From contig JBMORA010000034.1 of assembly GCA_049320885.1 (NCBI GenBank), forward strand, positions 47,245-111,244: a stretch of DNA of 64,000 nt, given 5' to 3'. The stretch comes from Thermodesulfobacteriota bacterium (GTDB lineage Bacteria; Desulfobacterota; Desulfobacteria; Desulfobacterales; SURF-7). Position numbers and translations under genes: made by a program. This document shows positions 28,103 to 36,754 of this stretch, one piece after another. The notes beneath the pieces are model-generated. The model did no database searches, was not told where the DNA came from, and saw only the letters and a program-made list of their open reading frames with translations. How positions within the stretch are numbered: position 1 is the stretch's first letter; each line of letters begins with the position of its first letter.

Positions 28103-29473
28103 ATGAAACATGACGGTTTTCTGGATTTGAGTGTACGCGACATTCTGGACGGATATCGCAAGCGGCGCTTTCTTCCCCGGGATGTGGCCCGGCATTGCAT
28201 CAACATGACCGAAAAACTGGATGGACGCTACAAGGCCTTTGAACGGTTCGATCCTGAAAAACTCATGGCCCTGGCCCTGGATGCCGAACAGCGCCTGGCG
28301 GCGGAAATTCCATTGCGGGCGCTGGAAGGCATCCCCGTCGGCGTGAAAGACATCTTTAACACCATCGATTTCCCCACCCAGATGGGGAGTCCGATCTGGA
28401 AAGATTTCCAAGCTGGTAACGACGCCCGGGTGGTGTATAGCCTGAAACAGGCCGGCGCCTTGATTCCGGGGAAAACCGTCACCGCCGAATTCGCCGTCCA
28501 TACCCTGCAAAAAACCATCAATCCGCATGCGGCGGACCGCACTCCGGGCACATCTTCCAGCGGTTCCGCGGTGGCTGTGGCGACCGGCATGCTGCCTGTC
28601 GCCATCGGCACCCAGACGGCCGGCTCCATCGTCAGGCCGGCGAGCTTCTGCGGGATTTACGGCTGCAAGCCCTCTTTCGGCCTGATTCCGCGCACGGGCA
28701 GCCTGAAAACCACCGACAGTCTGGATACCATCGGATTCTTCACCACCCATGTAACGGATTTGGAACTGGTTTTCGACGTGTTGCGCGTCCACGGTCTGAA
28801 TTATCCCCTCAGCCATCGCATATTGCATGATGAAACCCGCCAGAAAAAACCGGATTCCAGACCATGGCGGGTGGCCCTGGTGAAAACTCACACATGGGAA
28901 TACGCTCCCGAATATGCCCGCGAATCCATCCAGGACTGGAGTAAACGCCTCTCCCGGGATACCGCCATTGAGGTGATGGAGAAGGAATTGCCCGGCGAAA
29001 TGGCGGAAGCCCATGAGGTGCATGCCACCATTTATGATTGCACCCTCGCTTATTATTTCAAGGAAGAGTACAAGAAAAAAGAGCTTGTCTCGCCCATCAT
29101 GAACGCCATCATCGAGCGCGGCATGCGCGTCTCCCCCAACGACTACCAGGCAGCCTTGAAGCGCCAGGAAGTTTTGGCGGCGTCCATGGAAATCTTTTTC
29201 GAAAACGTGGATGCGCTTGTCTGCCTCAGTACCGCCGGGGAAGCCCCCTTGCGGGAAATCACGGAGAAACCGGACCCGGCCCTGATGTGGACCCTGACCC
29301 ATCTGCCTGTAATCAGCGCGCCGGTGTTCAGGTCTCCCGGCGGGCTGCCGTTCGGCGCCCAACTGGCGGCGAGGAGGTATAACGATAAACTGCTGTTCCG
29401 GTTCGCTGAATATCTTCATGGTCGGGATCTGATTCCCACCGGACCGAATCCGCGCGCGCGGATTTTAGAATAG
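28103..29473 (+). CDS. Amidase-signature family protein (GatA-like)
   Basis: GVKDIF (Lys), PGTSSSGSA, GTQTAGSIVRPASFCG (Ser); RBS GAGGTG before 28103; alternative start 28046. Confidence 0.88.
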   Translation: MKHDGFLDLSVRDILDGYRKRRFLPRDVARHCINMTEKLDGRYKAFERFDPEKLMALALDAEQRLAAEIPLRALEGIPVGVKDIFNTIDFPTQMGSPIWKDFQAGNDARVVYSLKQAGALIPGKTVTAEFAVHTLQKTINPHAADRTPGTSSSGSAVAVATGMLPVAIGTQTAGSIVRPASFCGIYGCKPSFGLIPRTGSLKTTDSLDTIGFFTTHVTDLELVFDVLRVHGLNYPLSHRILHDETRQKKPDSRPWRVALVKTHTWEYAPEYARESIQDWSKRLSRDTAIEVMEKELPGEMAEAHEVHATIYDCTLAYYFKEEYKKKELVSPIMNAIIERGMRVSPNDYQAALKRQEVLAASMEIFFENVDALVCLSTAGEAPLREITEKPDPALMWTLTHLPVISAPVFRSPGGLPFGAQLAARRYNDKLLFRFAEYLHGRDLIPTGPNPRARILE

Positions 29474-29518
29474 CGACATCTGGCGCGCCAAGCGTCGGTC
29501 AAGAGAAGGAGCGGAAAT

Positions 29519-32437
29519 ATGGAAGCTGACGGCCATTTCCTGGAGAACAACACCAAACTGCTGCAACAGCATCACCCGCGGGTATGGGAAGCATTGAAAC
29601 GGTATGCCGATGAACCCATCGGCGAAATCCGGCTCGCCGGAGAAGGGAAACCGACCCTGTGGATGAAGGATGACGCCGGCGCCGAGTACTTCCTTCACGA
29701 TACCAAAAACCCCGAGGCGGAGCTGAAAGACTTTTTCGCCCTGGTGCCGGAAAACACGACGGGCACCGTCATATTCGTGGGCATGGGGCTGGGATACGCG
29801 CCGCTTGCCATGCTCCGGAGCCGCACCCGGATGCGCCACATGCTGATCCTCGAACCGAAAACCGGCTTCTTCCTCCAGGCGCTCCGCGCACTGGATCTGG
29901 GCCCGCTCCTGACCGACAGCCGCGTGACATTCGCCGTGGGTCCGGATATCAACGTCCCGGCCTGCATGCAGCCCATGTCCCGGGCTCTGCTTCTGGAAAG
30001 CACCCATATCCTGAACCATCTGTCCTCGGCCAGAATTTTCCCCCAAATCTACCAGAACTTGTACGACGAAGTCTATAAGCAGGGAAACACCTTGAATGTC
30101 GGGGGCCTCACCATCCGGACATTCGGGCGGAAATTCATTGAAAACCGGCTGCGCCATCTGAGCGCCATCCATCATCAACACCTCCTGGAACATCTCCTGG
30201 GCGCTTTTTCCGGCAAACCGGCGATTATCGTCGCCGGCGGCCCCTCGCTGAACAACAACATTCACCACCTTTGCGCCGCCAAGGGCAAGGCGGTCATTAT
30301 CGCCGTGGACACGGTGCTGCCCGCCCTCCTGGCACACGGTATCTCCCCGGATTTCACCACCGCCATCGATATGCAGGACATCGTCATGGAAAAAATCGTG
30401 GATGTTTCCGACAGGGCCGACACTTCCCTGGTGTGCGCCTCCTGGGTCAGCCCGACCATTCCGAAAATTTTTCCCGCCCGTCAGGTTTACTGGGCCTTCG
30501 CGGCCAAACATATGGAAAAATGGATCAGCGACATGCTGGGCGGCCGGTTCCTGACCAACGGAGCCGGCACCGTGGCCCACCTCAATATGACCACGGCCCT
30601 CCTGCTCGGCTGCTCCCCCATCATCTTCGTCGGACAAGACCTGGCGTACACCAACCGCCAGGATCATGCCGGCCACACGTCTCTCACCCAGAAGGATGAT
30701 CTGACTTCCCTGTATGAGCGCAATGAGATCCAATGGGTGGACGGATACGGCGGCCAGAAAGTCCCCACAACAAGGGGCTGGCTCAGCGACAAGCACCATT
30801 TTGAATGGATGATCGCCGCCAATCCGGACCGGCGTTTTATCAATTCAACGGAGGGCGGTGTCCGCATCGAGGGTGCGGAAGAAATCGACCTTCGGACGGC
30901 GCTTTCCACCTGGTGCCTGGATTCCATCGATATCCCGGCCATTATCGACAAGTCCCACGCCGGCGGGAAAATGCCCGGCCGACGCAAAATGATGGAAGAG
31001 GTCGGGCGTCTGCTGAGGAATATCGCGGGAATCGAAAAAGACATGGACCAACTGGCCGCTGTTTCGGCGAAACTCCAAAAGGAGTTCACCCGTCTTCGGA
31101 ACGGCGGGAGCGGCCACTCCTGTTTCGATTCCCTGCCCATGGAACTCAAGCGGCAGGTGCACACCCTGGACACCCTGAACGACCGCCTGGACAAATCCAT
31201 CGTCTGGGCGCTCCTGGACGAGGTCACCATGGAAGGGCTCCTCCAGAGCGAGCGACTGAACCACGAACTCCGGCAGTTGGAAGGCCGCCCGGAAAAATAT
31301 CTGGAATGGATCGGGAAAAGCATCGAGCGCTTCCTGCTCATCAATCGATGCCGCGGTGATGTCCTGAAGCCCTTCAAGCAACAACTGAAAACCGTGCTGG
31401 AAAGACTGCGGCGGGAAAATCTGCTCCTGAAAAAACTCCAGGAGAAAGACCCCCGATCCGGCCGGTACCTGCTGGAACTGTTATCGCTCTACTATGAAGA
31501 CGGCGACCATGTGCTCCTTCAACGGGCCATCGAGGCAATCGACCCGAAAGAGGCGCGGAACGCCGAAATATCGTTTTACCTCGGGGCCGTTGCAGCCCAT
31601 CAGTCCCTGTTTGAGAAGGCGGAATCCCGTTTCGCCGAGGCCCTGGCCCTCGATGCCTCGCTGGCCGCCCGGATTGAGGACTGCCGGCGAAGGCTCGCGG
31701 ACCGCTATATCACTTTCAGCCGCGAATGGGAGCGGAATGACCGGGACGTGGCCCGCCGGCTGCTGTTCAAGGGTCTCCGTCATTGCCCCGGTCATCCGGT
31801 ATTGGGAAAAACCCTGGCCGGCCAGGCCGCCGAATTGTTGCGCCAAGCGGACGAAGCCGCTGAAAAAAAGACTCCGGCACCGCAAGCCGAGGCTTTCCGC
31901 CCCTGGTGCGAGGCCCTGACCGCCATCCCCGGGCTGGTCGCGGTCATCGGTGCGGAGAAAGCCGCCTTGCTGTACCGCCATTATGGTCACGGTCTGGTGG
32001 CCGAAAACCGGCATGCCCGGGCAGCGGAAGCATTTGCCGCCGCCGCCGACCTTTCGCCCGACGATCCGGCCCTGTATATCTTCCTGGCCGATGCGGCCTT
32101 CGCCGCCGATGATCCGGACCGCGGCGTGGCCTGTCTGGACAAGGCCGTGTCCCTTGACCGCCGGTACGCCCAGTTCTGGGAAACCATGGGGGATAACCTC
32201 GCCGCTGCCGGACAGCCCCGGGATGCCGTTTCCGCCTATGAGCGCTGTCTCCTGACCATGCCGGAACATTTCATCCTCTTCAAAAAGATCGGTGACTGTT
32301 ATATGGCCATGGAGCAACCCCAGGCGGCCCTGACGGCCTACCGGCATTTCAAGGCCAAAACCACCGGCAACAACCCCGCGGGTCCCGATGACTCCGGGCT
32401 TGGAAAAGAGGTGTCGAGTCATGGGACTTCCTGCTGA
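29519..32437 (+). CDS. Maf-type flagellin glycosyltransferase (DUF115) with C-terminal TPRs
   Basis: F..N..LL N-term, G.GLGY, AIIVAGGPSL, GTVAH......GCSPIIFVGQDLAY, INSTEGG..I.G; TPR tail. Confidence 0.88.
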   Translation: MEADGHFLENNTKLLQQHHPRVWEALKRYADEPIGEIRLAGEGKPTLWMKDDAGAEYFLHDTKNPEAELKDFFALVPENTTGTVIFVGMGLGYAPLAMLRSRTRMRHMLILEPKTGFFLQALRALDLGPLLTDSRVTFAVGPDINVPACMQPMSRALLLESTHILNHLSSARIFPQIYQNLYDEVYKQGNTLNVGGLTIRTFGRKFIENRLRHLSAIHHQHLLEHLLGAFSGKPAIIVAGGPSLNNNIHHLCAAKGKAVIIAVDTVLPALLAHGISPDFTTAIDMQDIVMEKIVDVSDRADTSLVCASWVSPTIPKIFPARQVYWAFAAKHMEKWISDMLGGRFLTNGAGTVAHLNMTTALLLGCSPIIFVGQDLAYTNRQDHAGHTSLTQKDDLTSLYERNEIQWVDGYGGQKVPTTRGWLSDKHHFEWMIAANPDRRFINSTEGGVRIEGAEEIDLRTALSTWCLDSIDIPAIIDKSHAGGKMPGRRKMMEEVGRLLRNIAGIEKDMDQLAAVSAKLQKEFTRLRNGGSGHSCFDSLPMELKRQVHTLDTLNDRLDKSIVWALLDEVTMEGLLQSERLNHELRQLEGRPEKYLEWIGKSIERFLLINRCRGDVLKPFKQQLKTVLERLRRENLLLKKLQEKDPRSGRYLLELLSLYYEDGDHVLLQRAIEAIDPKEARNAEISFYLGAVAAHQSLFEKAESRFAEALALDASLAARIEDCRRRLADRYITFSREWERNDRDVARRLLFKGLRHCPGHPVLGKTLAGQAAELLRQADEAAEKKTPAPQAEAFRPWCEALTAIPGLVAVIGAEKAALLYRHYGHGLVAENRHARAAEAFAAAADLSPDDPALYIFLADAAFAADDPDRGVACLDKAVSLDRRYAQFWETMGDNLAAAGQPRDAVSAYERCLLTMPEHFILFKKIGDCYMAMEQPQAALTAYRHFKAKTTGNNPAGPDDSGLGKEVSSHGTSC

Positions 32438-34298
32438 CAAACCGGCGGTGGCCGCCATCCTGGAACAGGGAATCCAGCTTCACCGATCCCAAAGGTTCCC
32501 GGAGGCCGCGGCCGCCTATGATCGACTTCTCCGGCTCGATCCGGACAATGCCGATGCGCTGCACCTTTTGGGTGTGATCGCCAGCCAGACCGGCCAGCAT
32601 GAACGCGCGGCACGCCTCATCGACGAGGCCATCCGTCGCAACCCTGCGGCGCCGGAATTTTACAACAGCCTGGGAGCCGTCAAACAGGCCATGGGACGGG
32701 TGAAAGAAGCCGTCAGTCTCTACCTCCAGGCCGTCAACCTGCATGGCGAGTATCTGGAGGCCTATTACAACCTGCTGCGGCTCCTGCCCGACAATGCGGA
32801 TATCCCTTTCAAAATCGGCTTTGTCCTTCACCGCCAGGGAAAACGGGACGACGCCATGCGCCATTACGAAACGGCCCTCGCCATCCAGCCGGACCATGCG
32901 GACGCCCTCAACAATCTCGGCTGCGCGCATCGGGAGCTTGGAAACCTTGACGAGGCCCTGGGCTGTTTTCAGCGGGCGGCCCGGGTACGGCCGGATTTCG
33001 CGGACGCCCATCATAACCTCGGTTTTGTGTTGCATGAAAAAGAGCGGTACGAGGAAGCACTGGTCCATTACCGCGCGGCCCTGTCCCTGGAGCCGCATCG
33101 CGCCGACACCCACATGGACCTGGGCCGGACCCATCAGCGCATGGGGGATCTCGCGGAAGCCGTCCGCTGCTATCAACGGGCGGTGGACATCCGGCCGGAT
33201 CACTCCAAGGCGCTTTACAACTGGGCCTGTGCCTTGCATGAACTCGGCCGGGACGACGACGCCGTCGACCAATACGCCGAAGCCGTCCGCCGGGATCCCG
33301 GCCACGTTGAGGCCCATGTCAACCGGGCCTTCATCCTGTTGCTGAACGGCCGGTACAAGGAAGGCTGGCCGGAATATGAATGGCGCCTGCAACGTCCGGA
33401 CTGGCTTTCGGTCAACCACCGGTATGCGGACATCCCCCCCTGGAACGACGTCACCAAAAGCCGGGACCGCATCCTGGTAATCGCCGAACAGGGGATGGGC
33501 GACACCATTCAATTTTCCCGCTATCTGCCCCTGGTCAAATCCCGCTGCCGCAAGCTCCTGTTGCACGTCCAACCGGAGCTGATGCCCTTGTTCGCGACAT
33601 GCCCCGTCATCGACGAACTGATCACCGCGCAACCAGGCCAAACCCCCGAGGCCGATGCCGCGGTTCATATCATGAGCCTGGCGGGCCTGTTCGGCACCAC
33701 CCCGGAGACGATTCCGTCTGTTTTTCCGTATCTCACAGCGCCCCGGGAAAAAATGGCAATATGGGACGCGAGGATACCGAAGGCTGGAATCAATATCGGT
33801 ATCGCCTGGTCCGGCAATCCGGCATATCCGGGCAACCGGGAGCGTTCCTGTCCCCTCCGGTGTTTTGAACCCATTGCCGACATTCCGTCCGTACGCCTGT
33901 ACAGCCTGCAGAAAGGCCGGGCGGCGGAAGAGCTTCATACGCTTCCGTCCGGCATGCAACTCACCGATCTCGGTCCGGATTTGAACGATTTCGCCGATAC
34001 CGCGGCGGCCGTCATGCACCTGGACCTGATCGTTTCCGTGGATACCGCCATTGTCCATCTGGCCGGCGCCCTGAACAAACCTGTCTGGACCCTCCGGTAT
34101 CACATTCCCTACTGGGTATGGGGCCTCCGGGGCAACCGAACCCCATGGTACCCATCCATGCGCATTTTCCGCCAGCAACGACCCGGGGACTGGGAGGAAT
34201 TGTTTCAGCGGGTAACGGACGGATTGCTCCAGATCACCCGCCAATCATCCGCCGAGGCGTTGTCCGCTTCATTCCCGAAAGGCTGGGACCATGTCTGA
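32421..34298 (+). CDS. TPR-repeat glycosyltransferase-family protein
   Basis: About 8 TPRs, then EGW.EYEWR, AEQGMGDTIQF.RY, GIAWSGNP, LDLIVSVDT...HLAGAL, PWYPS.RIFRQ. Confidence 0.88.
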   Translation: MGLPADKPAVAAILEQGIQLHRSQRFPEAAAAYDRLLRLDPDNADALHLLGVIASQTGQHERAARLIDEAIRRNPAAPEFYNSLGAVKQAMGRVKEAVSLYLQAVNLHGEYLEAYYNLLRLLPDNADIPFKIGFVLHRQGKRDDAMRHYETALAIQPDHADALNNLGCAHRELGNLDEALGCFQRAARVRPDFADAHHNLGFVLHEKERYEEALVHYRAALSLEPHRADTHMDLGRTHQRMGDLAEAVRCYQRAVDIRPDHSKALYNWACALHELGRDDDAVDQYAEAVRRDPGHVEAHVNRAFILLLNGRYKEGWPEYEWRLQRPDWLSVNHRYADIPPWNDVTKSRDRILVIAEQGMGDTIQFSRYLPLVKSRCRKLLLHVQPELMPLFATCPVIDELITAQPGQTPEADAAVHIMSLAGLFGTTPETIPSVFPYLTAPREKMAIWDARIPKAGINIGIAWSGNPAYPGNRERSCPLRCFEPIADIPSVRLYSLQKGRAAEELHTLPSGMQLTDLGPDLNDFADTAAAVMHLDLIVSVDTAIVHLAGALNKPVWTLRYHIPYWVWGLRGNRTPWYPSMRIFRQQRPGDWEELFQRVTDGLLQITRQSSAEALSASFPKGWDHV

Positions 34299-35076
34299 TC
34301 ATCCTGTTTTCAACAAACTGAAGCCATGCCGGCATGGCGCCATGCTGTATAACATCAACGATCAATATATCGGCAAATCCCTGGATATGTATGGCGAATA
34401 CAGCGAAATGGAAATCGCTCTTTTCGATCAGATCCTGCAACCAGGCCAGGTGGTCCTGGACGTGGGCGCCAACATCGGCGCCTACACGCTGTATTTCGCG
34501 AAAAAGGTGGGCGACGCCGGCGCCGTGCACGCCTTCGAACCCCAGCGGCTTGTATTCCAGACCCTGTGCGCCAACATGGCCCTCAACAGCATTGTCAACG
34601 CGCACTGCCGCAACGCCGCCCTGGGAACCACAGCGGGCACGATTAGGGTTCCCGATATCAAACCATGGATTTCATTCAACTTCGGCGGCCTGACCCTCGG
34701 CGACCACGAAACCGGCAACCCGGTTCCACTCTTGCGCCTGGACGACCTGGGAATCGGCGCCTGTCATTTCATGAAAATCGATGTGGAAGGAATGGAGCTG
34801 GAGGTTCTGAAAGGCGGCTCCTCCCTCATCCGGGCATGCAACCCGGTTCTGTATGTGGAAAACGACCGGCAGGAAAAATCCGCCGATCTGGTGGCGTATC
34901 TATCCGAACTGGGTTATGATCTGTTCTGGCATCTGCCGCCGCTCTACAATCCGGATAATTTTTTTCAAAACCGGGAGAATGTTTTCGGTACCATCGTATC
35001 CCAAAACATGCTCTGTCTCCCCAAAACAGCGGACTATAAAATGGACGGCTTTCAGCGGGTGGAGATACCCGTTTGA
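34291..35076 (+). CDS. FkbM family methyltransferase
   Basis: DVGANIG, AFEPQ, KIDVEGME. Confidence 0.92.
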   Translation: MSDHPVFNKLKPCRHGAMLYNINDQYIGKSLDMYGEYSEMEIALFDQILQPGQVVLDVGANIGAYTLYFAKKVGDAGAVHAFEPQRLVFQTLCANMALNSIVNAHCRNAALGTTAGTIRVPDIKPWISFNFGGLTLGDHETGNPVPLLRLDDLGIGACHFMKIDVEGMELEVLKGGSSLIRACNPVLYVENDRQEKSADLVAYLSELGYDLFWHLPPLYNPDNFFQNRENVFGTIVSQNMLCLPKTADYKMDGFQRVEIPV

Positions 35077-35121
35077 CATGGACTTCCACGGATGATATAC
35101 ATTTAATATGGTGTATATCAT
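35073..35121 (+). promoter_or_regulatory. Promoter/operator of TA pair 1
   Basis: TTGACA at 35073; 10-bp perfect inverted repeat ATGATATACA-N10-TGTATATCAT (35092-35121). Confidence 0.65.
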
Positions 35122-35136
35122 AAAAGGAGGTCTCCC

Positions 35137-35370
35137 ATGCAAGTCTCTAAATGGGGTAACAGCTTGGCGATTCGCTTGCCCGCTTCCGTGGTCCAACTGC
35201 TGGAGCTGCGCGAAGGGGACGACATCGAAGTATTGATCGCCGATGAACGTGTCTTTCAGGTCAGAAGAAAACCCTGTAAAGAAGACGTTCTATCGCGGTT
35301 ACGAAAATTCCGGGGGAAACTGCCGGCAGATTTCAAGTTTGACCGGGATGATGCCAATGCCCGCACCTAA
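35137..35370 (+). CDS. AbrB/MazE/SpoVT-family antitoxin (VapB-type)
   Basis: KWGNSLAIRLP...L.L.EGD; C-term FKFDRDDAN.R; RBS AGGAGG. Confidence 0.92.
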   Translation: MQVSKWGNSLAIRLPASVVQLLELREGDDIEVLIADERVFQVRRKPCKEDVLSRLRKFRGKLPADFKFDRDDANART

Positions 35371-35773
35371 CGTGTTCATCGACACCAATATTTTGCTGTA
35401 TCTCCTGTCGGCGGACACGGCCAAGGCTGATTGCGCAGAAACCATTGTGCGGAGCGGCGGCCTGATCAGTGTGCAAGTGCTGAATGAAATGGCCCACGTG
35501 ACCCGTCGCAAGTTCGCCATGCCTTGGGCGGACGTCAACGAGGTACTGGCAATGATCCGATCCTTATGCACAACCGCCCCATTGACCATCGAAACCCATG
35601 ACAGGGGACGGCTTGTCGCCGAGCGATACGGGCTGGGTATATACGACGCGATGATTCTGGCCGCCGCTCTTATCGGAGGATGCGAGATCCTGTACTCCGA
35701 AGATATGCAGGACGGGCAGGCGATCGACCATCAGTTGCGTATCTGCAATCCATTCAACATTCAAAATAAATGA
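35357..35773 (+). CDS. PIN-domain toxin (VapC-type)
   Basis: FIDTNILLY, SVQVLNE, YDAMI.AAA...GC..LYSED; overlaps the antitoxin stop. Confidence 0.92.
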   Translation: MPAPNVFIDTNILLYLLSADTAKADCAETIVRSGGLISVQVLNEMAHVTRRKFAMPWADVNEVLAMIRSLCTTAPLTIETHDRGRLVAERYGLGIYDAMILAAALIGGCEILYSEDMQDGQAIDHQLRICNPFNIQNK

Positions 35774-35805
35774 CAAAGCCCCTGGAGATGGCCGCATTCC
35801 ATCGG

Positions 35806-36057
35806 TTAGGAATCAAGTTCGTCACCGGCCCGCGGAGGTTCTCCACCGGTCCGCTGCAGCAGTTTTCGAAATGCATCCAGATCCGCCTGTTTCGCCCTTT
35901 CGATAACATATTTCCCGGTTTCCAAGGCCGATATTTTTTCCGCCACCGCAATGGCAATGAACTGGTTGATGCTGGTTCCGTCACGCTTGGCAACCCTGGT
36001 GAGCTGCGCCTTCAGTGATTTGGGAAGTCGCAACGGATAAGTTGATGTTTCCTTCAT
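35806..36057 (-). CDS. Ribbon-helix-helix antitoxin (HicB-C/YlcI-like)
   Basis: YPLRLPKSLK......AK.DG.SINQFI..AVAEK; 3 nt downstream of the PIN gene. Confidence 0.85.
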   Translation of the reverse strand: MKETSTYPLRLPKSLKAQLTRVAKRDGTSINQFIAIAVAEKISALETGKYVIERAKQADLDAFRKLLQRTGGEPPRAGDELDS

Positions 36058-36060
36058 TTC

Positions 36061-36489
36061 TCATTCTCCTCGCATTCTTTTGATGGCCGTGGATGGAGAA
36101 ATCGCCTCCAGGCCAAACATTCCCGGCACTTCACCATAATCACGTAAATTGAACGTCACAATCGCGTCGGCTTTGCCATTAACGGCAACCTCTAAAACCA
36201 TTTCGTCGTTTGGATCACGCAGCGTTGGTCGCCAGAGATAATGTGTTTGGACCGGTTCAATCAATGCGGCAATACCACTAATGAAAATATCCGCTTGTTC
36301 CCTTGTCAATCCAGCGGCGATCCAATGCACCGGATCCGTGCATTTGGCTTCGTATTCAAAAAAAAGCGGTACGCTGGCCAGCATTGTTACCCGCCTATCC
36401 AAGGCCGCGCATAATAATGCCGCTGATGCCCCGGTTGGGCTGCGCATGGCGGCGACAATGACATCGGTATCCAAAACAAGTCTACGCAT
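36061..36489 (-). CDS. PIN-family toxin (TIGR00305-like)
   Basis: VLDTDVIVAA, EYE, RDPNDEMVLE.A....ADAIVT.N.RD. Confidence 0.9.
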   Translation of the reverse strand: MRRLVLDTDVIVAAMRSPTGASAALLCAALDRRVTMLASVPLFFEYEAKCTDPVHWIAAGLTREQADIFISGIAALIEPVQTHYLWRPTLRDPNDEMVLEVAVNGKADAIVTFNLRDYGEVPGMFGLEAISPSTAIKRMRGE

Positions 36490-36526
36490 GATATCGTATA
36501 TTATGTCATATCATATACGATGTCAA
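36489..36526 (-). promoter_or_regulatory. Promoter/operator of TA pair 2 (likely leaderless)
   Basis: Minus strand TTGACA-N17-TAATAT ending 8 nt before the ATG; inverted repeat ATCGTATAT-N11-ATATACGAT (36493-36521). Confidence 0.6.
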
Positions 36527-36558
36527 CATTCGCTTCAATTCGAACGCCAAGAAAACCT

Positions 36559-36585
36559 TCAAGAAATTCCCCTACCCGCCGATAT
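36559..36585 (+). promoter_or_regulatory. Sigma28 promoter of the giant flagellin
   Basis: TCAA-N15-GCCGATAT, about 170 nt upstream of the ATG. Confidence 0.85.
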
Positions 36586-36754
36586 AGTTTGTGTAGAGAC
36601 GAACTCCCTTTTCAACAATCGGTTACAAAAAATCCAAAGGAGGTGATCGAAACAAATGTAATTTTCCCATCGAAACAATATGTTGTCTTTATCCAGCAAT
36701 GATTTCAAGCAATGGGGAAAGGAATCCCCGTCACCCACACATGGAGGTTAGACC

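Noticed and set aside
32349..34244. 631-aa antisense ORF and similar ones across the glycosylation island
   Set aside because: They overlap motif-bearing plus-strand genes completely.
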